The notes beneath the pieces were generated by a model. The model was not told where the DNA came from. It did not search any database and was given only the letters and a program-made list of their open reading frames with translations. From the NCBI RefSeq assembly GCF_000400465.1, contig NW_008806284.1, positions 240,001 through 272,000 on the forward strand: 32,000 nucleotides of DNA. Reading direction: 5' to 3'. Source of the stretch: Wallemia ichthyophaga EXF-994. Its lineage: Eukaryota; Fungi; Basidiomycota. Position 1 is the stretch's first letter, and the number at the start of each line of letters is the position of its first letter. Below are positions 21,932 through 32,000 of this stretch, piece by piece. Made by a program: the position numbers and the translations under genes.

Positions 21932-22693
21932 TCAAACAATAGTTTCAAGTTCTTTAGCGTAATTGAGGGAGTGAGATATCATGTTATGAGAAGGAAGTGA
22001 GAACTTTTGCTTTTCAATGCCAGTTATGCTGTTTAGGTCTTTGAAGATGACGTGTTGGGTGGAAGGGGAAATGGTCCAACCTCTGGAAGTAGCGAATTGA
22101 GTTAGTTGAGCAGGGGAGTTGAAGAAGAGGAGAGTAGCAGCGTCATTGATTGGTAAAGAATCGTAAGCCTTCTCTTCACAGGAAGCGATTTCATTTCTAA
22201 TAGTTTCCAAGAAGGCCAACCAAATCCAATGGCCAGCTAACTCAATTTCAGGCTTTGAATCCCAAACTTTGCTGTAAGAACCTTCCATGATCCATCTTTC
22301 TAATTTAATGGGAGTTTGAATGTGAAAGTTGGATAATAAGTGGATAGGGATAGACTCAAGGAGGGTGTGGAAGTCAGAGATTCTATTTTGAGTGAGATAT
22401 ATGAGTAATTGTAGGGCAATGATCTTTGGTTGATTGGTGGAGTCGTTTGTAAGTGACCAGAAAGGGTTCAATAGGTTTATATAGCGTTCGAAAGATTTCA
22501 AATCTTGTGAGGTGATTGAGTGGAGTGCACCAACTTCTAATATATCCCTAGAAACTTGTAAATCGACCATATCACTTCTAGTTGAGGGGATAAGTAGATT
22601 CGACTGTGACATTAGAAGTTTTGCTTCGTTTAAGCCCTCAACAACACGCTCTCCTTTTTCTATTCTCTGTTTTATTTCAAATAATTTTGACAT
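21932..22693 (-). CDS. RPN12: 26S proteasome lid subunit Rpn12 (PCI domain), intronless
   Basis: SRDILEVGALHSI, LLIYLTQNRISDFHTLLE, IKLERWIMEGSYSKVW, TIRNEIASCEEKAYDSL and C-terminal YAKELETIV. Confidence 0.95.
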   Translation of the reverse strand: MSKLFEIKQRIEKGERVVEGLNEAKLLMSQSNLLIPSTRSDMVDLQVSRDILEVGALHSITSQDLKSFERYINLLNPFWSLTNDSTNQPKIIALQLLIYLTQNRISDFHTLLESIPIHLLSNFHIQTPIKLERWIMEGSYSKVWDSKPEIELAGHWIWLAFLETIRNEIASCEEKAYDSLPINDAATLLFFNSPAQLTQFATSRGWTISPSTQHVIFKDLNSITGIEKQKFSLPSHNMISHSLNYAKELETIV

Positions 22694-22776
22694 GATGGTT
22701 GTGCTAGTCCAAGATTACGATTACGTATACCCAGCACTCAGACAGCCATCAACTAAATTATAATTTAATATAAAAA

Positions 22777-23566
22777 ATGGATTTACGCAGCGCTATGACA
22801 CATGCAGACGCCCAAAGATTAAAGAAGGGTGAAGTAAACCTTGGTACATCGATTATGGCAGTTGAATTTGAAGGTGGAGTTGTCATCGGTGCTGATTCAA
22901 GGACTACGATGGGCAGTTATATCGTGGGTTTTGATTGGTCAAACGTTATCCACGCCTTACGCCTCCTCTCTACAGGCTAACAGAGTCACCGATAAACTGA
23001 CTCACATTCATGATCGCATTTATTGCTGTAGATCTGGTTCAGCTGCTGATACTCAAGCGGTGGCTGATATCGTTGCATATCACTTATCCATGTTCTCGGT
23101 TCAACAAGGTGAAAGACCAAATACACACACCGCTGCTGCATTATTCAATCAACTCTGTTACGGCAATAAGGATAGGTTATCTGCTGGTATCATTGTTGCT
23201 GGTTATGACAAGGAAAATGGCGGTAGCGTCTACAATATACCCCTCGGTGGTGGTATGTTTAAGCAACCATGGGCAATCGGTGGTAGTGGCTCTACTTACG
23301 TTTACGGTTATTGTGATGCAACCTACAAAGATGGAATGAACAAAGATGAAACTGTTCATTTCGTTAAGAACACTCTCGCTCTCGCCATGTCTAGAGATGG
23401 TAGCTCTGGTGGGACTATTAGAATGTGTGTCATTACTGATGATGGTGTACAACGCCTATTCGTACCTGGAAATGAATTACCTCAATTCTGGGAACCTCAA
23501 GTAAATGTAAACAAACCGGCTCATCAACTAGCCATGGAAGCTGAAGGTGATATTATGGTTCATTAA
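22777..23566 (+). CDS. PRE3: 20S proteasome beta1 subunit; exons 22777-22923, 22976-23566
   Basis: Propeptide ends at [12 protein letters not shown] (catalytic Thr1). [20 protein letters not shown] spans the 52-nt intron; also [18 protein letters not shown] and RDGSSGG. Confidence 0.96.
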
Positions 23567-23668
23567 AATGGCTCAATTTATCTTTTTGTAAGAATACACG
23601 TAGTTTTTATATTAAGATTCTTTTAATACGCTTTTCAACCACGCTTTCTACCATTACATGCCTCATAT

Positions 23669-24539
23669 ATGCCTGCATACGCAGACAATTATCCTGCATC
23701 TACAAACAATGGCCCTGTTATTCTCACTATAGACGGTTTAAATGAGGAGTCTTGTGAAACTGAATATACCATGGAATTAGATGCTATGGATACCGAAACA
23801 GACTCATTAAACGTCGTTGACAACCAAATTGATGATATAATGGCTGTTGATGTACATACCGTGTGTTTGCCCATTTAATGTTCTGCACTTTGTAATTCTT
23901 CTTATTCCCTACAGGACACCTTCCCTTCAAGTGTACTCATCCTCGATACGAACATTCTGATATCCAATCTGGATTTCCTCAAATCTCTCCACTCTCTCCT
24001 TCGCTCAAACCTCTGTCCACCATTCGGTATCGTCGTACCTGATATCGTCATACGCGAACTCGACGCACAGAAAGATAGCAATCGTGGTATATCTCATTTA
24101 TCACGCGCAGCACTAAGTTGGTGTCTTGATTGTGCTAAATCGAGCAATAGTCTGGTTAAATTTGAGAGAAGCAGTCTAATTGATGCTGTGGGTGAGGTAC
24201 ATTACAAAGCTAATAAAGATAACAATAATAAAAATAGGAGAATGATGTGAGCGTAAATTCACACTCTCGAACTTCTCTCACAAGTCCCCTCTCAACCTCC
24301 ACAGGATAGAATCATCGGTTGTGCAGCTCATCTTCAATCTAAAATCGTTGTCTTGCTCTTTACGAATGATAAATCTCTGGCTATCAAAGCCGAGAGTGTT
24401 GGTGGGTAGGTTACCCTCCTTTAACCCTCTCACAACTCTCCCAGGCATTCAAACAATCTCGACTTCAGAAAGTGAAATTTCTCACCTACGTGAGATAGCA
24501 GGTGACAAGTCTTCTCAGGCGTCTAGATATTCAAGCTAA
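23669..24539 (+). CDS. Swt1-like PIN-domain endoribonuclease; exons 23669-23860, 23915-24187, 24238-24246, 24305-24401, 24445-24539
   Basis: Splicing restores the four PIN acidic motifs: VLILDTNILI, VPDIVIRELD, ENDDRII and LFTNDKSLAIKA. Mostly missing from the ORF track. Confidence 0.82.
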
Positions 24540-24647
24540 CACTAGGTGCTAAATACTTAAAAAAGTAGACTAAACCGTTTATACAAGTCAAATACAAAGA
24601 AAAAAACAACAGTAACACGTGTATTATAAAAATAAGTAGATTATAAA

Positions 24648-26548
24648 TTATAAACGTTGCGATTCTATATACGTCCCCACAGCGCGCACTTCATCACCGT
24701 TAGCCTTCTTCAAATGATTCCTTAGATCACTTTTCGCCGCCTGGGGGAGAAGGTTCTCAAGTCTATTCAAACTTGCTTTGAAAGCCGGGCTCATTTCTTC
24801 TGCAGGTTTCTTACTCGATTGTCTCACAGGTGCAGGTGTACTAGCTCGCAACTCGTATTTACTAGGCGGCTTGAGATTAGCCAATCCAGGAAATGGTTCT
24901 GGGTTGAGCACGTGAGTTAAATTAAAAATACTACTGTTGCGACTCTTGCTAGGTTTAGCACGTGGTCCAGTGGGTGCGCGCTCAAGGCCATCTAAATTTA
25001 TATGTGATGTGGACGCTGCTGAGACGTGTCTAGGGGTTTTGTGTGAAGATCCACGAGCTGGTACTGTCACCTCCTTATTATCCTTCCCGCTTATAGTCGT
25101 AGGTGTTGATGTAGTTGTACTTGCTGTACTCGTGCTTACGCCAGTAGCCGGTGTATCCCGCTCCACCATCTCTTCGCTGCGATTAGGGCTCCGAGGGGGA
25201 GTCGTCCCGGGCGTTGTCGTGTAGAGTGGCGGTGATATGGATGAAATTGATGAAGGTAGGTCTGCATCTTTGCTAATAGGTGATGGATGTCCAATTTGCA
25301 GCTTCTTCGGTGGTGATTTTGCACTCGTCCGTCGACCAAGATTGGCAAAGAAACCAGCAGCACGACTAGCCTTAACGGTAGCTGTACTCCGTGGTGAGCT
25401 GATAGCGCTGCTAGTGCTACCAGTTTTTTTTACCATAGCCGCTGCGCCAGGATAAGGGAGATGCTCAGGTATTTTATCAGGCGGGCTATCGCCAGCAACA
25501 GCTTTAGTGAGATCGTGGGCAACATTAATATCACTGCCTGGACGAAGTGGGAAGGTTGAGTTAGTAGCAAAGGACGCAGAACTATGTTGGCGATCTTGAA
25601 TGCTGGGACGTTCTTGGTGATAAGGGACGACTGGAGTGGACATGTAAGGACTATTAGAAGTTTGGGCATTACTTGAGTGTATACTTGGAGCATTTGATGG
25701 TGATTGAGTAGCTTGGCGGTTGATTTCGTCATTATTTTCCATAACATCTGTCTCGCCTGCGTCAGATTGAATACTCTGTTGACTTTTCTCGCGCTTATAG
25801 CGTTCACTATGAAATACGAGAGGTGGTGGGCTGTAGCTGCGTGGCCTGCCTTCACCACCGACGCAACGAAGCCAGACTTGCAAGCCGCTCGCAGCTCTAG
25901 CAAGAGCGTTAATAGCCTCTGCGGTGCGCATAACACGGTCAGATGTAGACGAGGCACCGTTATAGGTAGCCTTAGAAGAGAAAGCATTAGGAAGGGGCAT
26001 ATCACGGGTGATTGAAACAGGGTCACAGTTGTCTGTGGGTGAGGGGAGGTCGATAGTGCTGTCAGAAGAGCGAGAGGAGCGAGAGGAGTGAGAGTAGACT
26101 GAATGAGCGTCATTTAGAGCAGCAGTTGACATTTGGCTAATCGCACTGCCTCTTCTCTTAAGGAGAATATCTGAAGGGATATGACCAATGCTAGTGCCGT
26201 GACTGTCAAATGTGTTCAGAAATAGGATAATGGTGAAGAAGAAGCCACGCACTCAACATCCACGCCGTGATAACTGCCAACTTTTACAGGGCCTTGTTCA
26301 CCACCGCTCGTGTACACATTCAAATGAGGATAATCACTGCTGTCCATACGCTCCATAACAGATATCTGTCTATTCGATTTGTCTACATCGTTCAATGTAC
26401 CACCAGAACTGTATTTACTCGATGGAGAAGACGAAGAAGAGGCATCGCCCGTTTCAGCGATGTAAGCGTAGTAATCAAGTACGCTGGCATTTGTATAGCG
26501 CTTATCATTATCCCCGTTGAAATCTCTGTTTTCTGTATTTTCTGTCAT
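24648..26548 (-). CDS. Ser/Pro/Thr-rich, largely disordered protein with a C-terminal CUE/UBA-like helical domain; exons 26548-26253, 26202-24648
   Basis: A 50-nt intron at 26252-26203 (GTGCGT..CAG) joins the two ORFs in frame. The C-terminus SLNRLENLLPQAAKSDLRNHLKKANGDEVRAVGTYIE fits CUE spacing. Confidence 0.7.
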
Positions 26549-26983
26549 GATGGTTTACGCAAGAGAAGGCCAGGCTAATCCTCAGCAAGTTACACAATTT
26601 GGTCCAGTTACAGGTACTTGGTGGACTTAAGCGGACGGTGCGAAATACTCCACCAGTGTATGTAAATCACTTGAATTAATTTTGTTTTAATTGAATTTAC
26701 CTGATTAAATTTCAAAGACAATGCACCTCCACTTGGCTGTGTGGCTATGGGTGGCTTTGAATCTATGGATATACTTGAATAATTTCAAATCCACATCTAT
26801 AAAGTATTTCCGCAAATTAATTGTAAAAACTTGTAAACACTTGCTTACTCACGCACGGATCACTATAAGCAGTAACACAAGGGTCATGTAATTGGGGTTT
26901 TATATCAAAATACAAATACTTTTCATTCATTATTTGTACTTATTCTTTACTACGCGTATCTCCGATGATCTGCACTCACTCTC

Positions 26984-27882
26984 ATGACATCTCTCAATCT
27001 ACCCCATAAATACGCGTATCTGCGTAGATTGCTTGATAGAGCCATTAAATACTATCGAGATCTAAGCACCTCCTCCAAATTACTCCTCTGTTTCGCTATT
27101 GGCGTACATCAGTTATTCGCTTTGGTTGTCTGGTACTACGGACCAAAGGAAATATTCGGATACATTGCAAATACCGCTCTCTCTCTTCAGCAACTCAGCT
27201 TCGGCTGGCTGATTCTCGTTATATCCCTCGTCATTGCCTCTTTCCCTCCCATGATTGGCTATGGCATGCTTATATCTGTATGTGGCTTCGTTTATGGTTT
27301 CCCCTTGGGTATTCTCCCTGCTGGAATCGGCTCACTTGTGTGTCTCACACGTCACCCACATTCCTCACCCACTTACTCCCCTAAAAACAGTCAGGCGCAA
27401 GCTCCGTCTTCTTAATTAGCAGACAACTCCAAAAGACCCGTCTTTTCGGGAGCAAGTTGAGAGCTCTCTCTGTCTCTACAAAGTTTCAGGCGATAAGCAC
27501 CGCGATAACAGATCGCGGCATTGGTTTGGTCGTTCTCCTCAGACTCTGCCCTATTCCTCCCTGGGTATACAGCAATCTCGGCTTTAGTCTCCTTCCACCT
27601 GATAAACTCACCTTCACTCAGTTTTTCTTCGCTACCATTCTCAGTACACCACGCCTTTTCCTCCATGTCTTTATCGGTTCACGCGTATTTGCCCTTTCTG
27701 ACCCAAATAATCAACTCGATAGCACCACCAAGATTCTCGATATTACTGGTATTGTCGCAGGTATGGTCCTCTCCACCCTGCTAGGATGGTATGTGTATAG
27801 GGTTACAATGCACAAAATCAGTCAAAGCGTCGATGAAGAGTATAACATTGATAATGAAAGTCTATTATCTGAATTGAGGTGA
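26984..27882 (+). CDS. TVP38: Tvp38/TMEM64 DedA-family (SNARE-associated Golgi) membrane protein; exons 26984-27337, 27391-27882
   Basis: SFPPMIGYGMLISVCGFVYG, GSLSGASSVF across the 53-nt intron, and LLRLCPIPPWVYSN. Confidence 0.88.
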
Positions 27883-28006
27883 ATATTAACGCATTCGCAT
27901 TATTTTCTACTTGGATTCCTGATGTCTTTGTCTATGTCCTTATTTGTGATCTCTTTTTGCTTTCTTAAGCTTGATATTTGGTATTAAGTGTATATGACAA
28001 GTCAGC

Positions 28007-29306
28007 CTAATTGAACTCTCTCAAAGACTTGTTTTTATCCCGTCTGCTGATGTTTCCACCTCCGCGCAACAATTCTGGTAGGACTTTTCCGTGTTTGATC
28101 GTTTGTTGGACCTGTGTGGGGTGTTAAATAGAGTTTGCGAATAACTACACACCCACTATAGCCGGCACTTCACGTGCAGAAACCCTCCCGTAACAAATAC
28201 TTGCACCAGTTGGGAAGTGAATGATTACGTTTCCAGCAAATTTGTGACCACCGACGTGACTTACTTTGAACAATCCAACCGTACTGCCTTCTTCAACATT
28301 CACATCTCTCAATCTCTCTGAAATTTCATTGACGTCTTTCGTAGTGTCGGTTTCTTCGGGGGATATTTTAATTTTAGGGGAGGTGTATGGCGTAGCAGAC
28401 ATTGAAAATCCCCCTTGAGGCAGTTGGACAGGTTTGTGATCGAGTGAGATTGAGTCTCCACGCTTATCTATACTCCAACCTTCAGCTTCAATGCACTTGA
28501 TCATTTCACGTTCAATAATTGGAGCAGAGATTGCGCACTTCTTATCCCTAGATTTGTGTGAGCATATCAGAACAGTTGCAATGTATGGAAGTGGGTAAGT
28601 GCGTATAGACTTTTCAGAAGCGACGAGGTGATTTACTGCAAGATGAGATTTGAAAAAGTCCTCGGCGGTTTCTCTATTGACGCAGATATTCTCAGCAAGT
28701 ACGTAGTCAGGGAAAACAAGAGCACTTTCTCTGTCTTTCTTTGTAGAGGGTGAAATATGTGAACCGTTTAAAATCTGAATTGTACCATTACCGTCAGTGC
28801 GTGTATCAAATACACCTTCACATTTGCTAGTATTGTTGGTAGATTGCTGAACCTTCTGGGTCTGCTGAGCTGTTCTCTTTGCGATGATACGCTGCATCAA
28901 GCCCGGGTCATCCTTGAGTTTGAAGGTATCTTGAGTACGATCAAGCATACCAGCGAGTGTGAGCTCATTATCAGTTATATCATGCTCCCAATCAGTTTTA
29001 CCTGTCGAAATAACGACTTGCTTTGAAAATGGTTTGTAAGATCCAAGCATATTAGACGTGAGATCGACTGAAGCATGTTATTAGACCTATGCGCTCCCCA
29101 ATAGCACTCCACAAACCATCAAAATTCTTGGGTAAATCCTCAAAGTCACCGATTTGATCGCATGGAGCTGTACAGCTATGGCAATCAACATCTGATACGG
29201 GTACATGAACCGTTGAAAGTGAATTAGCATTATTGTCCGCTGGTTTATTCGTTGGCTTATTAACGCCACCCATTCCAGAAATTGTCCTCTTTAAGAAAGC
29301 TGACAT
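28007..29306 (-). CDS. APD1: Apd1/Aim32-like thioredoxin-like [2Fe-2S] protein (sucrase/ferredoxin-like family); exons 29306-29117, 29067-28157, 28111-28007
   Basis: N-terminal CHSCTAPC, STGKTDWEHDI, ICSHKSRDKKC (C-X8-C), SHVGGHKFAGNVII (H-X3-H), YGRV and VLPELLRGG. Introns of 49 and 45 nt. Confidence 0.85.
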
Positions 29307-29382
29307 GATTGTGTGTTGGTGGTTGAACTTTTACAGTCTACAAGCCATTTTCAAGGGGAGGCTTGTCCATTTCAAGCTTAAA

Positions 29383-30704
29383 ATGGATTTTAATAGGAAT
29401 AAGCAAATTAGAGACTCTTTCGCTCCTGCGCCTTCACCTACACCAAGTTACCCTCAAACTTCTTCTGCCGATTCTCCGCGCAAAACTAGCACTCTAAAAC
29501 TTGTACTCTACAGCTTGCCTTCTTTGCAGCCAACAGAGCTACCAAACTCAAGCCGTACCCAGGTTTGTAAATCAGCTGCCATTCCCTATAGAGACTTGAG
29601 AGTGTTGGATAACCCAATCACCGATGACGAGCCTTCTATTCTCATTAGGGATAGCTGTATCGTGTATACTGGTGAAGGTATCAGAGGTATCGTTCGATCT
29701 GATCGTTTACTCATCATTAGAGGTGAAAATGATGTCGGTATTGGTCATAATCCGGTCCGTGCCGAGTGTTTCACCCTTTCTTCACTCACAAATTAAAAAT
29801 TGCAGGCAACAATCGATATAATTCATACCATCCTTATCAGTCTTGAGAATAGACTGTCTACAAATGATTTCACTAAACGCACTTATCCATTCGAGTTCAA
29901 GTATGTCTTTCTTTTCAACTCACTTTGATGGACTAACAAGGAAATTAAAGCGCTTTAGAGGCACTCCTTATGCACTCATTCAGTCTTTTGGAAAAGCGCG
30001 TCGCTAGTCTCACCCTTTCAACTGATACTCTTCTCGAAACACTACGAACAAAAGGTATCGAGCATGATCAATTGCTAGATATGCTCGATCTTTCCACCGC
30101 GGTTGACAAAGCTAACAGAAAGGTACGTGGAATGCACAAGGCGATTGAAGAAGTATTACGTGAAGAGGAAGATATGGCTGCAATGTACTTGACAGCTAAA
30201 CATTTTGGAAAACCACGTAATGAAGGTGAGGATGATGAAGTGGAATTATTATTAGAAGCATATCTCAAGCAATCATCAACACTTTGCTCAGCTGTATCTG
30301 CATTAACAACTCGCTTGCAATCAACAAGTCGTCATGTTGATTTGGTTATGGCTGCAACAAGAAATCGACTACTTCACCTAGAAATTCAACTTGCAGTAGT
30401 CACAGCAGCTTTAGGATTAGGATCATTCTTTACAGGAATATTTGGAATGAACTTAATGAACCATTTCGAAGAGCATTGGAGTGCTTTTTACATATTCACG
30501 GCATTTCTCGCGGTAATAGTAACATCAACAATGAAATATGGTATAAACATATTAAACCATACGCGCTGGTCAAGAATCCAAGCTTCAAAGACAGAAAATG
30601 GTCAAGACAGCGGCTATCTCAATGATCTCGTCAGAAGGAACTTTGTCAGCAATCAAAAGCACGTAAGATTAGAGAATGATAGTGATGTAGAGGAAAGTGT
30701 ATAA
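29383..30704 (+). CDS. Mrs2/Lpe10-like CorA-family Mg2+ channel; exons 29383-29754, 29806-29900, 29951-30704
   Basis: PYRDLRVLD, PSILIR, YPFEFNALEALL, EVELLLEAY, TRNRLLHLEI, and the GMN selectivity motif (IFGMNLMN) between two TM helices. Confidence 0.9.
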
Positions 30705-30812
30705 TATAAATTAATTTTATGAAATTGAAATAACAATGGATTCTTAATTACATCTAGCTCGTACTCTTTGACTCAGACAACCAACAAAGGCTTAAATTCC
30801 AATGAATTGAGT

Positions 30813-32000
30813 ATGATACGCAATGAAAATCCACGCGTATACGATTTCGTGAAACCCCTTGGCGAAGGATCATTTGCTGAGGTTTACCTCGTTGGATGGA
30901 GATCGCCCAAACTCAGGCTAAAAACGGGCGAAGCGGCTCCAATTTCCCAAATGCAAATGTGAGTGTAGCTGATATTAGTGTTTAGCGTACAATTGAATCC
31001 ATGAAAGCAACAACAACCGCCCAGAATACTCGTCGAAGCACCTCGTCGCAATCAAGCGCATGAAAAAGTCATTTAAAGACTGGAACGAATGCGAGAAGCT
31101 TAAAGAGTTGAAGGTGGTTAGAATGCTTGTATATACGCCCATGCTCACCCTACTTACAGTCTTTACTCGCTATCCCTCAACACCCAAACCTTATCCCTCT
31201 ATATGACGCCTTCTTACATCCATCCACAAAGGAGCTCTACTTTGTCTTCGAATCCATGGAAGGTAATCTATATCAACTCACAAAGTCGAGACGTGGAAGA
31301 CCACTTGCTCAAGGTCTTGTTGCTTCTCTTTTCCGCCAAACTATCGCCGGTTTAGCCCATATACACAGCTCGGGCTATTTCCATAGAGATATGAAGCCCG
31401 AAAACCTTCTTATTACCACTACTGGTTTGACAGATTACCCTTCGCTGTCAAATAGCGTCGAGAGAGACGTAACCGTCATCGTTAAGCTTGCTGATTTTGG
31501 TTTAGCTAGGGAGTCTAACAGCAAGCCTCCCTACACTGAGTATGTTAGTACTCGTTGGTACAGAGCTCCTGAAGTTCTTCTTCGTTCAAAAGGCTACGGT
31601 GCTCCTGTTGATCTTTGGGCTTTAGGTACTATTTTAGCTGAAATTGTTAACCTAAAACCCCTTTTTCCCGGTCAGAGTGAGATCGATCAGATTTACAAAA
31701 TCTGTCATATCCTAGGAAGCCCTGCGCCTCATACCATAGCCCATCCCAACACCAACCAACCAATTGGGGGTGGCGATTGGCAGCAGGGTTTGAAGTTGGC
31801 TTCGTCAATTGGTTTCCAATTTCCTAAGGTTTGTGCGCGTCTTTTAAACACACGTTACTAACACCGATCCCAGTTACCCGTTCAGCCACTCGATAATTAC
31901 TTTGATACACAAAGAGTCCCTCACCAATTCATCATACTCATCCAAGACCTTCTGCGTTTTGATCCAAAGAATAGAATAGACAGTATGGGCTGCTTCGAGT
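30813..32000 (+). CDS. Ime2/Crk1 (MAK/ICK/RCK family) Ser/Thr kinase, 3'-truncated by the window edge; exons 30813-30958, 31008-31113, 31160-31828, 31874->32000
   Basis: LGEGSFAEV, VAIKRMKK, LKELKSL, HPNLIPLYD, FHRDMKPEN, DFG, and activation loop YTEYVSTRWYRAPE. The start codon is tentative. Confidence 0.9.

Noticed and set aside
24937-26113. Several overlapping ORFs (up to 227 aa) in the Ser/Pro-rich gene
   Set aside because: Shadow frames of low-complexity coding sequence.
19390-26548. Idea that the E2 and the CUE-like protein form a Ubc7-Cue1 ERAD pair
   Set aside because: The E2 resembles Ubc15/UBE2G1 rather than Ubc7/UBE2G2, and the CUE-like protein has no N-terminal TM anchor or evident Ubc7-binding region.
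1-32000. tRNA, rRNA, spliceosomal snRNA, telomerase template (CTAACCCTAA), CRISPR array, LTR or DNA transposon
   Set aside because: A manual scan found no cloverleaf context around the GTTCGA hits, no diagnostic snRNA motifs, no template, no regularly spaced repeats, and no RT, integrase or transposase motifs. Diverged ncRNAs could be missed without Infernal.

Overview
Compact, intron-rich fungal genomic DNA. The sequence looks basidiomycete, and the ~50-nt introns and mostly sub-250-bp intergenic spacers suggest Wallemia (inference, no database search). I reconstructed 17 protein-coding genes with 35 manually placed GT-AG introns: PMA1, MIS18, NHX1, a sorbitol/xylitol-type Zn dehydrogenase, a PhyH-family 2OG/Fe(II) dioxygenase, SEC3, a Ubc15/UBE2G1-type E2, an Rpp14/Pop8-like gene absent from the ORF track, a DUF6593/LURP-like protein, RPN12, PRE3, a Swt1-like PIN nuclease with a 9-nt microexon, a disordered protein with a CUE-like C-terminus, TVP38, an Apd1-like Fe-S protein, an Mrs2/CorA Mg2+ channel and a 3'-truncated Ime2/Crk1 kinase. 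The outstanding anomaly is a 6.6-kb gene-free interval (6505-13101) with an AT-rich core and no repeats I could see. Every other spacer is 15-521 bp, so this is a candidate short regional centromere; it lies ~2.3 kb from the CENP-A loading gene MIS18. Other points of interest: four head-to-head gene pairs with only 15-83 bp between start codons, an HPN-to-HPS change in the E2, and a relaxed GTNNGT splice-donor grammar. I found no tRNA, rRNA, CRISPR array or recognisable transposon.
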